Origin: Lingula anatina
Lineage: Eukaryota; Animalia; Brachiopoda
NCBI GenBank assembly: GCA_051362555.1
Contig: CM120641.1
Span: 49,048,401 to 49,112,400 of the forward strand
Length of the DNA: 64,000 nt
Direction of reading: 5' to 3'
Under the pieces are notes generated by a model. It was given only the letters and a program-made list of their open reading frames with translations, did no database searches and was not told where the DNA came from. The translations under genes were made by a program, and so were the position numbers. The number at the start of each line of letters is the position of its first letter. The first letter of the stretch is position 1. Shown piece after piece: positions 46,146 to 58,036 of the stretch.

Positions 46146-49100
46146 TCAGAACCTCCCTGGAATAAGGAACGTCCCAGGGTCATCGTGACTGTCACTGGTC
46201 AGGTATTGAAACCAGAGCTGCTCAAATCGTGTCCTGTCCAGAACATCTTTGGTACCCTGTAATGTAATACAAACGCCACAGTTACAGATTATTACCAGAT
46301 CTGTTCAAATCGTGTCCTGTCCAGAACATCTTTGGTACCCTGTAATGTAATACAAACGCCACAGTTACAGATTATTACCAGATCTGTTCAAATCGTGTCC
46401 TGTCCAGAACATCTTTGGTACCCTGTAATGTAATACAAACGCCACAGTTACAGATTATTACCAGATCTGTTCAAATCGTGTCCTGTCCAGAACATCTTTG
46501 GTACCCTGTAATGTAATACAAACGCTACAGTTACAGATTATTACCAGATCTGTTCAAATCGTGTCCTGTCCAGAACATCTTTGGTACCCTGTAATGTAAT
46601 ACAAACGCCACAGTTACAGATTATTACCAGATCTGTTCAAATCGTGTCCTGTCCAGAACATCTTTGGTACCCTGTAATGTAATACAAACGCCACAGTTAC
46701 AGATTATTACCAGATCTGTTCAAATCGTGTCCTGTCCAGAACATCTTTGGTACCCTGTAACGTAACATATGCGCAGTTACAGTCATCGTGCGGTTTTGAT
46801 GTTTTATAATCGTACCAAATTGCAAAACGTACATCTTTCATGGTTAAATGACTGCAGAACAAATTCCAAAAATGAAAAAAGTTATGAAATATATTTTTAC
46901 ATTTTACAGTGTGCTAAAGAAGCATATTCATTTACATGAACTTTGATTTTTGTTCCAATTTAAAAAAAAGTTGGTGAGCATTATATTCGTGTATGAGTAG
47001 ACGTTATAGCTGTTGGTATAATTTTGTGTACCTCTGTCATTTTTTTAAACGCCGTCTCACATAGCCAGTCGTTAATATCAAACTCAGCAAAGCACTCAGT
47101 GAACTCTGCCAGATCGATCACTCCATCACCTGCAATGGTAATTGTCAAGTAATGTGTTTCTGTATGCTTACTATGACTGGTGTTCTATTATTACTGTAAA
47201 TGATGTCTGCACACCATATTTCAATGAAAGGAAATATGAAAGTTACAGTTTAATTTGATGGAAAAATGACTGCAAGAGTAACACAGTATTCTGGAAAACG
47301 ACCGTAAATATTATTTGAATTCAAATTTTTTTAAAAAGTCATTGCTTTCGTGAATGATAAAAATGAGAGAATGATGTACATTATTTTTAAAACGGCAGGT
47401 TGGGAATAAAAATTGGTCGATGACTTTAGAACCTTAGAAGAACAGCAGTTTTCTGGGGTTGACGTTTATGTCTTGTCAATCTTTATTTGGATTCAAACTA
47501 AAAGTATGGTATAACACATAAAAACTATGACGCTTTGATTTATAATTTCACGTATAGAGCGTTAAGTAGTGCAGCTAGTTATATTTTCCAACTTGTTTTG
47601 AAAATGTGAAGTCATTAAATGTAGGCACCGTTTAAATCTATGACATCAAACAGGAAGTCCATGAGGTCTTTCTGCCAGCTATAGTCCACCTTCCCGTCCA
47701 GTGACGTGTCCGGCCACCCGGCTCTAGACTGGGCCGCCGCCACAAATTCTGACCAGTGTGTTAACCATTCTTCAAGGTTCATCTACAATTTGAAAAACTA
47801 TAATAAATAAAATAAAAGGCGTTGTCGGTAGGGCGCTTCAGTCACGCTTTTGTGGTTTTCTTTGTTGAAATTCCCAGGCACGACATTTTTCTCCACGAAA
47901 GGACGTACGATTTTTGTAGTTTGAAACAGACTAATTTTACTTACTGACGTGCAACGCTCATCAGATAAAGTGTTACTTCATGGGAAATCTAGACCATGGT
48001 TGTAAATAATGAAACATCATTTGAGCGCTGGGATATCAGAGAACCAGGCAATATCTGAATGAAAGGTAAAGGTTACTTGGAACGATTACAAACGAAATTA
48101 ACGCCTTAAGATCGACGAAGAACTCACGTGCAATTCGCAGAACTCACGTGCATTTCGAGCGGTCTGCTAGACTTGTGCGCTCTGTTGCCTTTCATCAAGC
48201 CTGCCATGATGGACGCTATCCTCTCCTGTAAAATCTTGTAACTGGGGTCGGAGACTTCACTGTCATGGATGTCTGCAACTTTCTTCAACAAAAATAAATG
48301 TAACACAGGATTAACACCGTCCGGGTTATTGTCGTTTTCCTGAGTACAACATCCGTAAATGCCCATATACTGGGTGGACTACCCCCACATATCTCACCCG
48401 GGATCAAACCAAGATAGTAGAGAATAACACCAAGAAATAACCCGCATGGCGTATACTCAGCTCTCTACCAGGATGACTGCGTAATATAACTGGAAGCTTC
48501 GCCTCACCTGCTAGAATATATCTTATTACGGAGCACGTGATCGGTTAATAAATCATCTTTTTTTACTTGTGAACAAAAATGGAGTTGATTCTGCTTGGCG
48601 GGCTTACAGAGACGGATTTTATTGCTAATACCGCCATTCTAAAGGTCACTGTTAGGTCACCTGCTTCTTTAATTGCCTTTACTCGAGGCATTAGTTCCAA
48701 AAATTTGAAAACAAAAACTTTGGTTCCTTAGTAAGCATTATAATGCATGAGAACTTCAAAGTTGAAGTGCAGGAAAGGATTATTTCAATACATCAAAATA
48801 TGTTTTTTTAATCAAAGTAAAAAAGTGATTCATATAACAATGCTCAGTATTATAACTAACAAGGAATCGCGGTTAATATCCTGCGTATCTTACCCTTAGT
48901 AAATTGACAAAATCCGTTCTGGAGACTACTTTGTCGTGTGTCGCATCTGAAACAAAAAGTGGGCTATATTATTAATGACATGATAATTCATTCACATAGA
49001 GTGAGCATTTGTTGGCTTATCGTTCACCTTTATATAAACACAATATGTACACAATGGAATTCAAAATATTAAGTGTTTTAAACAAATAAATTAGACAGAA

Positions 49101-50324
49101 GTTGTATCGAGGGATTTAAAAAAACAGACAAATAACATCTAGTAGACAAAACAAGAGCGTAACAGAAGTTTATTGCCTGGTATACATCTTTAGAATAATT
49201 AGTGTGAACTTCTTTTTATATTTCTGTAAGAATGCAGGTGGTTTTCCTCGATATTTACAGATGTGCATCTCAGATATTCGCTGGTAAGTATATAATATTT
49301 TATCTGTTAGATCACCATTCTTTCTACACACGATAGTACAGGACATTTTACTGCCTGCGGATCCCGAACGCGTTATCTGTACTGTACAGATTAATTGTTC
49401 ACCAGATGGGTGACGAGGTGCTTATATATGACCAAGGTTCTTATATCTAACGCTAAAGACCAGATATTCACTGCAGTGACATTACATTTACATATGAAGT
49501 GGCTGTCAACGAAACATTTAAAAACGCTACACCCTGTTAAGTAGGTTAATGAAAGTCGTATTACTCCCTCGCGGTTAATGAAGACACAGAACCCGTTCTG
49601 CAGTGACAGCGTTCGCTGTTTTCACCCGAGACTCACGATATCATGAGTCCTTTTTTTTCAAAAGGAAGAAATGTTTATGCAGTGCACGTCTCTCTACTGG
49701 CTGGCTTACCGGTACAGCTTGATGGTACAAACCGCAGCACGGAGCCTCAGAACTTATTAAAAAGGCCAGAAGCAAATCCTACCTGACAAGTGTTGCATTT
49801 ATGATGGAATGAACCGACAGTATTAACATTCTCTACGCCCATAGCGGTTGTAAACATACTACATACTAAAACTGATATATTTAATGCTCTGGACTAGTGA
49901 CAAATAACATCTGTATTATTTATTGTTAACAACGTTAAATGTTGATAAATGCAATAGCACTTGGTATTAAGTACCAGTATATTGGGAAGACGCTGAAGGT
50001 CATTTAATGCATGAACCTTGCGTGACAACGTCATTTATTCCCACGCTCTGAGAAGATTCTTACAATAAAAATTCTAATATTTGGTTGTCGTTTTAAGTTA
50101 TAAGAGGTGGTAAACTCTACATTCAAACACGGCTGATTTGGCCGCGTGGTATGACCTAGGTTTTAACTCCAGGACAAGTGCCTTGTGCCGTCTGCTGACA
50201 GATCATTATCAAACCTTAATTAATATTATCAATATTACTTACCAAACAACACAACAAAAACATGCTCATATTTGGCTTTCAAAAAATCAGATAGTTCATA
50301 TCCTTCACCATGTCCAGTTGCCAT
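46146..50324 (-). CDS. Calexcitin / sarcoplasmic calcium-binding protein-like EF-hand protein, about 210 aa
   Basis: Not shown as a unit in the ORF track. Exons 50324-50243 (MATGHGEGYELSDFLKAKYEHVFVVLF), 48946-48894 (DATHDKVVSRTDF), 48282-48148, 47782-47629 (MNLEEWLTHW..WQKDLMDFLFDVIDLNG), 47129-47032 (DGVIDLAEF..AFKKM), 46256-46146 (RFEQLWFQYLTSDSHDDPGTFL*). Collinear with the calexcitin motifs LSDF..K, EEW..W, FDV.D..GD..ID..E and F..LW..Y..S.D....G. Confidence 0.88.
46222..46782 (-). repeat. 83-bp tandem array, about 6.5 copies, each containing the acceptor plus start of the last calexcitin-like exon
   Basis: Copies at 46222, 46305, 46388, 46471, 46554, 46637, 46720; near-identical. Confidence 0.95.
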
Positions 50325-50632
50325 GGATGGTCTGGGTGGTCAGGTGTTCTACGGGATATATAAATAATGACATACAGGGACGCTCTCTCGCTGCGACACA
50401 GTTAAGTAGGCACAGTGTATATTTAGCCAGCAGACCACTACACGGTAGAGTCGCGTTGGGAAGTGAACATGAAAGTGCCTCGGCGCATAGGTGAGGCGAT
50501 TTACACGCCAGTCACGCAGTCTGTCTTAGTAAATATTATCAGGCAGAGCCACTCGCATGGATTATGAGTCAGTTAGTGATGGCTTGTTGCGAGTTGCTAA
50601 ACGTAACCGCTTAATTACCAACCTCTGCATGA

Positions 50633-50683
<51 letters not shown>
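50633..50683. repeat. Poly-A tract
   Basis: Direct reading. Confidence 0.95.
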
Positions 50684-50685
<2 letters not shown>

Positions 50686-52991
50686 GGTTCCCCAAATGCC
50701 TGTGCGTTGAAGATATATGTAGTTTTTTTAAAGACCAACAGAACCTTTTGGTTATTCATAAGAAAATGTAATTCTTTTAGAATACAATTGTCAAGAGCAG
50801 GAAAAGCGCTCTCCGTTTGAAATCCCTAACCACGAAAGGTTGAGAGTAAGTTGTCCATTTATATTAGTCAAATTTCATTTCATTTTTGTTTGTTTGTTCT
50901 GTCAGATAAGGGATTATGCCTGTAGAATGGACTTTGATCATAGTTGGCCTTTTATTAGGATAGTTCTTATTTCACTCTAAGATTCAATCTTCAATAATAT
51001 TTTTTCATCATATTCTAAAATTTCACGTAAATATTAGTAGGATGCGCAGGGTATTATGTCTGTAACTAGCAAAACAGGATGAGAAAGCGCACAAAAAAAA
51101 GACAAAATTTCAGCCAAGTAACCTGTTATAGGGCCCTATAGTAAAATTGTCCTCGACTACTATTTTACGTTTACCAGTCGAAGCATTGGATTTTTCACCA
51201 TTGTAAACACCCCCAACACACTTAACAAAATCATAAGGTACCCCATACCGCCCCCCCCCCCCCCAAAAAAAAGAGAATTAAAAAAAATTTGTACTTAGTG
51301 CCCTTCCCCATCCCCAACAAGAAAAAAGCCTGGATGCGTCCCACCAGCTTGTTTTCATACAATACACTCATGTAGAGCAGAAAAATTGAAACAAAAAAGT
51401 ACAATTCAAACTCCTCAGATAGACTCTCTTTCTATTCTCACACTGAACGTCACGCTTGGCTATATACAGGCGTTAATTAATGTCAACCAATTAAACTTGA
51501 TCAAAATAATTAGCTCATAATAAGGCCTTATAAAATGCTGGGGGCGGCTGTTGAAACTACGGTACGACTCAATTGGTATTTTATAAATATCCACATAAAA
51601 TTGTTTTTCAAAATGTCTGTGCGTGTGGATGGGAGGGGAACTTTTCGTTTTTCAAGACAAAATTAAATATTAAAGTTCATTGCAGTCGGCATTTAACGAA
51701 CGCGAAACGTTGAAGCTTACGTGAATCCAACGCGTGACCATAAAATACGCCAGTCTTCAGGGAAAAACGTTTTGGAAAAAGCCGGTAGGACCTACTAGTT
51801 CCTATGTTTAGGCCTACTGATAGATCCAGGACTTTAAAAAAGCGCGTTTCTGTCTGTCCGTCTGTCTTTGTGAGTTGATGGGGGGGAGGGGGGGGGGGGG
51901 GGGCAAAGAAGTGAAAGCCTAAGTGAGATAGATACATTAAATGAGATGTATATCTTCAGATGGACTCGTCCATGACTCACTCATAGCGCCATCTTTCGTT
52001 CACTGTAGAATCGGGAGGAAATATCTAGAGCCGTAGTAGCAAGTCCGTACTAGCAGGTACTGGTGTCATATTATCTAAAATGTCCAAAGAATGCAACATG
52101 AATAATTTTATGTGTCACTGCCTTTGTAGCAGCCAGGGTTTGGGACAGGAAAACTGTGATTATGTCATTGTCACTGTACTGATTACGCACATAAAAAAAT
52201 CTTGTCTGATGAAATTTGTTGGGATTGTTCGTTCTAACCCAGTTTGCAGTCTGCCAGTGATAAAGTTTATATGTAACCCACATCAATTCAACATTTGTTG
52301 TCGTGTTTTTACTACTTCACTGTGGAATAATCTTTCGAAAGTTTACGTTATACTTTTGATGTTTGATGATCTTGTATGACAAAAGTAAACAACTTCTTTC
52401 AATGGAACATGCATTGATATGCACTGACACTGTTGATTGGTATTATCAGGAGTTCCTTGTTGAAACTCCTTGGTATTATACGTGTCACTTTTGTTTTTTA
52501 AAGAAACGTACACAATATATTGTTATGCCTAGCTAACATACTTTGCATTAAGAATTGTAATAAAAAAGAGCTCATCATATATGAATGAAAAATTTAATAG
52601 TATTAAATAAATTATCAAATATGAAATAAGAATAAAATATGATGGCACATAGAGAAAGACATTGACTTTGTAATATTAAAAAATATAAAATATTAATAAG
52701 CATTTATTGTTTTATGTTAGGTTGTGAGAGTGATTGGTAGTCTGTAAACTCCGACGTAGTTGCAAGGGAGGGGCTGGAGGGGGCGTTAACATTAATGTTA
52801 TTTTAATTATTTAATGTTTTTATCTTTTTAGGAACTGTGTAGGTCTTATCACAGAAATATTACCACAGACTTCTGGGAGAGAAGCAGTGTAAGGTGTTCA
52901 CTCCTTGGACAGAGTACATATACTGTACTGATGCAAGATGTAAAACTGCACACAATTAACACATTCCATTTTTATTGAACCAATTGGAAAT

Positions 52992-55784
52992 ATGGCCAAG
53001 CAAGTGTCAAATAAAACAACACAGAATACCAGTATAGAATATAAATCTGACACCGCAGTTAATATGCACAAGCTTAACCTCAAAACTAAAGGGGAACTGA
53101 ACCATAATGAAGGTAGTTGCAGTAAAGGAGAATTTTTGTCTTCCACCAAAGAAGCTGATTTTACTCTGCCAGGAACTGATACTCTGCCAACACTAGATAC
53201 TCTGCCAGGAACTGATACTCTGCCAACATTAGATACTATGCCAGGAACTGATACTCTGCCAACACTAGATACTATGCCAGGAACTGATACTCTGCCAACA
53301 TTAGATACTATGCCAGGAACTGATACTCTGCCAACATTAGATACTATGCCAGGAACTGATACTCTGCCAACATTAGATACTATGCCAGGAACTGATACTC
53401 TGCCAACATTAGATACTATGCCAGGAACTGATACTCTGCCAACATTAGATACTATGCCAGGAACTGATACTCTGCCAACATTAGATACTATGCCAGGAAC
53501 TGATACTCTGCCAACATTAGATACTATGCCAGGAACTGATACTCTGCCAACATTAGATACTATGCCAGGAACTGATACTCTGCCAACACTAGATACTATG
53601 CCAGGAACTGATACTCTGCCAACATTAGATACCATGCCAGGAACTGATACTCTGCCAACATTAGATACTATGCCAACAGCTAATATCACATTGTCAAGTG
53701 ACATGTCTTCAGTTGACATACTGACAACTGCTGACTTTGACATTGTTCCATTTACTGAGATTATGTCAGACACTGACATTGTATCCAATACTGAATGCAG
53801 ATCAACAGATGATGCCATGTCTACAGCTGACAATGTGCTGACAGGTGTCACTGCAACAACTGACATGTTGCCTTCTGACATTGCAGGAGTAACCAAAACC
53901 TCACCAGCAAGTGCAAAAATGTCTACATCTGACACTGAACCAACAAAACTAAGATCAGCTCCTGACATGTTTACAGCTGACTTCAAACCAACAACTGGTG
54001 TGGCACCAGCTACCAAGAAAGGGTATAAGTGTGGCCATTGTAACCAAGTGTTTGTGTGGAAGGGGGACTGTGTGGCACATGAAATGATTCATAGTGGTGA
54101 GAAAACCTTTATTCTGCAACAGAAGACAAAACCCTCTTTTACTACAGAGCTTGGCAATGAACAGGGTGCTTCATATTTGAGAGATAAACGGATTAAAAAC
54201 AAACCTTTTCAGTGTAATTTCTGTAGCAGATTGTTTAAATGGAGCGGAGATCGCACTGCACATGAAGCGCTAGTTCATCTGGAGGAGAATACAGTGATGG
54301 TTAATGTAGATACAGGACGTCTTAGTAACAGCCGTGCCACACGTCGAGGTAACAGGAGGCACAGACAAAACGTCTGCCTTGATGTTGAGAATCTCCATTC
54401 AGAGCAAAGCCCATTTCAGTGTCAAATCTGTGAAATGGATTTTAAAACTAGAGCTGGTTTTAGAGACCATAAATTGATTCACTCAGGAACGAGACCCTTC
54501 AAATGTCAGACTTGCCCCAAAGCCTTCTTCAAGAAGATTCACCTCCAAATGCACAAGATGCGACATAGAGACGATAAGCCTTTCAAATGTTCATTTTGCC
54601 AAAAAGGATTTGTCATTCGATATGAACTTGACCAGCATGAACGGGTCCACACCGGAGAGAAGCCATTTCAGTGTTCACACTGTCCCAGGAGGTTCAGACA
54701 CAAACAGGTCTTAAAAAAACATGAAATGAGGCATGTTGGGGACCTGCCCTTTAAGTGTGATGTGTGCTTTAAAGCATTCCCCAGTACATATGACCGCAGG
54801 GTCCATGCCAAGATTCACACAGGGGAGAGGCAATTCCAATGTAGTCAATGTAGCATGGCCTTTGATACCAATGGCAAGCTGGAAAACCACAAACAGAGGC
54901 ACACTAATGAAAGATTGTATGGCTGCAGTGTTTGTGACAAATATTTTAATACTAAAAGTGATCTTAGCGGTCACATGGTGTATCACACTGGGGAGAAGAA
55001 ACACAAATGCCAGTATTGTGATAAGTGTTTTTTAACTGTGTCCGATGTCAAGCGACATGAAGACACTCATCTGAAACCTTATAAATGCCAGTTTTGTAAT
55101 AAAGAATTTGCAAATAAAGCCATATGGACAACTCATGAAAACATTCACAAAGGAATCTTCAGTGATGACATGAAATGTAGATATTGTGATAAAGTGTTTG
55201 CAACCAAAGCTTGGCTGGCAAGTCATGAAAGAGCCCATGCTGACATTAGAGAGTTTGATTGCTCCCTGTGCTCCAAAGCATTTGGCACCAAATTCAGCCT
55301 TAAAATTCACATGAGGAGCCATAATGGTGAAACCCCGTACAAGTGTAAGCACTGTCCCAAGAGGTTTGCCTACAGGCAGGTGTGTTTGAACCATGAAATG
55401 AGCCACACTGGCGAGGAGCCTGCCAAACCCCACTCCTGTCAGCACTGTGGGAAGGCATTCAGGAGGAAGGCACACTGCCGTGATCACGAGAGGATCCACA
55501 CCGGAGAAAAATTATTCAAGTGTTCTTTCTGTGGTAAGGCATTCACACATGAACAAGGACGTAATGTCCATGAGAAGATTCATACTGACCAGAGACCTTT
55601 TCAGTGTCAGTTTTGTGACAAGAGATTTATAACCGGTAAAGATTGTAATAGCCACCAACAAGTACACACTAGAGAAAACGTGTTTAATTGCCCATATTGT
55701 ACACAAACATTTGGTTGGAAACACAGCATAAAAAAGCATGTTAGAAGTAAGCATCCAGAAAAAATTGGCCAAGAATCAGATTAA
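52992..55784 (+). CDS. C2H2 zinc-finger protein, 930 aa, 18 fingers, N-terminal 12-aa tandem repeat
   Basis: Single long ORF with 18 CxxC..HxxxH fingers and TGEKP-type linkers. Acceptor at 52831 indicates an upstream non-coding exon. Confidence 0.93.
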   Translation: MAKQVSNKTTQNTSIEYKSDTAVNMHKLNLKTKGELNHNEGSCSKGEFLSSTKEADFTLPGTDTLPTLDTLPGTDTLPTLDTMPGTDTLPTLDTMPGTDTLPTLDTMPGTDTLPTLDTMPGTDTLPTLDTMPGTDTLPTLDTMPGTDTLPTLDTMPGTDTLPTLDTMPGTDTLPTLDTMPGTDTLPTLDTMPGTDTLPTLDTMPGTDTLPTLDTMPGTDTLPTLDTMPTANITLSSDMSSVDILTTADFDIVPFTEIMSDTDIVSNTECRSTDDAMSTADNVLTGVTATTDMLPSDIAGVTKTSPASAKMSTSDTEPTKLRSAPDMFTADFKPTTGVAPATKKGYKCGHCNQVFVWKGDCVAHEMIHSGEKTFILQQKTKPSFTTELGNEQGASYLRDKRIKNKPFQCNFCSRLFKWSGDRTAHEALVHLEENTVMVNVDTGRLSNSRATRRGNRRHRQNVCLDVENLHSEQSPFQCQICEMDFKTRAGFRDHKLIHSGTRPFKCQTCPKAFFKKIHLQMHKMRHRDDKPFKCSFCQKGFVIRYELDQHERVHTGEKPFQCSHCPRRFRHKQVLKKHEMRHVGDLPFKCDVCFKAFPSTYDRRVHAKIHTGERQFQCSQCSMAFDTNGKLENHKQRHTNERLYGCSVCDKYFNTKSDLSGHMVYHTGEKKHKCQYCDKCFLTVSDVKRHEDTHLKPYKCQFCNKEFANKAIWTTHENIHKGIFSDDMKCRYCDKVFATKAWLASHERAHADIREFDCSLCSKAFGTKFSLKIHMRSHNGETPYKCKHCPKRFAYRQVCLNHEMSHTGEEPAKPHSCQHCGKAFRRKAHCRDHERIHTGEKLFKCSFCGKAFTHEQGRNVHEKIHTDQRPFQCQFCDKRFITGKDCNSHQQVHTRENVFNCPYCTQTFGWKHSIKKHVRSKHPEKIGQESD
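53163..53677 (+). repeat. Coding 36-bp minisatellite (PGTDTLPTLDTM x about 14)
   Basis: In frame within the zinc-finger ORF. Confidence 0.95.
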
Positions 55785-58036
55785 AATGATTTTCAGTTAA
55801 CCACCATGTATAGGGACTTAATTGTATTCTTTTCCCACTTATTTTAAATTGAACAATGAAAATGAAATTAAAACCATACATTTATTCAGATGTTCAATTT
55901 TAATATTTCACAGTGATATCACAGTAAAAATGTCATTGTACCAAGGAGACTTGTATTGTATTTGCATTTCACTGGAAGACTGGATGCTAGGCATGATTGA
56001 GTATTGGTGAACATCGGAATATGTAACCAAATAATGCAGCAATTATTGAACTAGTTGATATTTTATTTACTAATACAATTATTCTTCTGATGTAAGTGTA
56101 GGGGAGAGTTCAGCCAGATGATTTTCAAGTTGCCAGTTTGTAGACACTGGGCTGAAACTTTCCTTCATTTTCAAAAAAATTATTACTTAATGAAAAAAGG
56201 TAGATGTATTCAGATGTTCAGTTTTACATATTTTTAAATGTTCCACAGTAATAAACATCAAATTGTTCCTACTAGTTTGTTACTTATTTTGTATTTCACT
56301 GTGGATATTGGATGTTATGGATTTATTTTGGTTGAGCATATCAGAATATAAAACCAAATGATGCAGCAATTATTGGACTAATTTTACTGATATAATTATT
56401 GAATAATTGAAATATTAATTTTACTTATATAATTATTGTACTGATGTTGCAGTTAAGTCCTGAGATGACAGGCTCGTTTTAAAGGGACTTTTTTTATGAA
56501 GACATTTGCATTACTAACAACACTATTGCATCAACAAACAAGTCCCTTAAAAAATGCTTTTATTGGTAAGCTTACAAAAATAAAATAAAACTTGCAAGAG
56601 CTAAATATTACAAAACACTGGCAAAAAATTACATTTAGAATAAAATTTTTAAAAGTTATTGGCACTTCAGTAACTTTTGCATTTCAAATATGCAACAAAA
56701 AGTTTGTTAGTGAAGTGAAAATTCAAGCATTAAAGGATGGAAAAAGAACCCTTCACAGCAGCAACAGAGTGACGCACAAAATGCTAAATATTTTGACACG
56801 TTGAAATGAGAACTACAATACAAGCTAGAAAATGACACCAATTGGTTGTAAGTAAATGAAATTAAACAAAAAAATATGCAAGTTAATGAGGAAATGAAAA
56901 GATCATTTTGATGTATCAAACAACATGATAAACTTTCAATCAAGTACAATTCTTCAATTTAAAAAAAAAAAAGGCAGAAAGGTGCAAATTTATATTTTTA
57001 ACAATACTTGCTTTTTCCATTCCCAATGCTATAATTAACTACACGTAAAATGTGGTTTCCATCTAATTTATGTCACAAACAAGAAAATGACTAGGTTAGA
57101 CAGCATTTTACAAAACTAATCCTATTTGTAATTGGCCACAGAATATATAATTCAGTTTAAACAATTTTATGCCATACAAAAACATTGGTGTTAATGATGT
57201 TCAACATACCTTATTTTGGTAAAATACTGGCTTTTTTGTTCCAATTATAAAAATTTTTTAAATTTTCTTAAGTAGAAATATCCTATATAATACATAATTT
57301 TTTTTCTAAAGTACAAATAATCTTCATCTTACATGTTTCAATCCATTTACAAAATGGAACATAAACAAAAATTACAAAATTAACTGATATGGCTATTCTC
57401 TTTTGTAAAGATAAAGTCTATCTCTTCTTTCTGTGAAACAAAAAGACTGGATATACAAAATATGGTACAATTACTCTAAAAAGATAAACTGAAGGACTGT
57501 AGACAATAACAATACAGTTAAGATCCATCTTATATTAAGTAAAAAAAGTCAAGTTGCCTTTTATGCCATAATACATTGTTTAAAAGAAAATTTACATATA
57601 GTTATGAAATCTCTTAAGCTCCCTTCATTTGCTCTGTCATGTGACTCCAGTTCTAGAATGTTGCATTTTCTAAAAGACTAGATAATTGATTTAGGGATAA
57701 ACCCCTGTGTGTGCTATCTTTATAACGACCTTCATATGTACTGCTACTGTGGTTATAACATGTAGAATGTTTATTATTATTATATGAAGTGGAATGTTGA
57801 CAACCCTGCTCCTCATTACATGTGGTGTATTCCATGGTGATTACTAGAAGTGGTTTTTTATGTTTAAGTTGTGAAATTTTTTCAATATCCGTAAGTACCC
57901 TGATGAATCAGTTCTTTGTTGAGTGTTCTAATATGTGCCATGGCCACAGTCTCTATATATGTTGTAGACATAACATACTTGTGTGTTTAATCTGGATTGT
58001 CTTGGTGTGGTACTGCCATCTGGTGTCCTGTGAATC

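Noticed and set aside
48395-48447. Hydrophobic signal-peptide-like stretch with a GTGAGA donor
   Set aside because: Lies in calexcitin-like intron 2, has no in-frame start, and the gene model is complete without it.
52898-54016. 372-aa antisense ORF
   Set aside because: Shadow of the zinc-finger coding repeat on the opposite strand.
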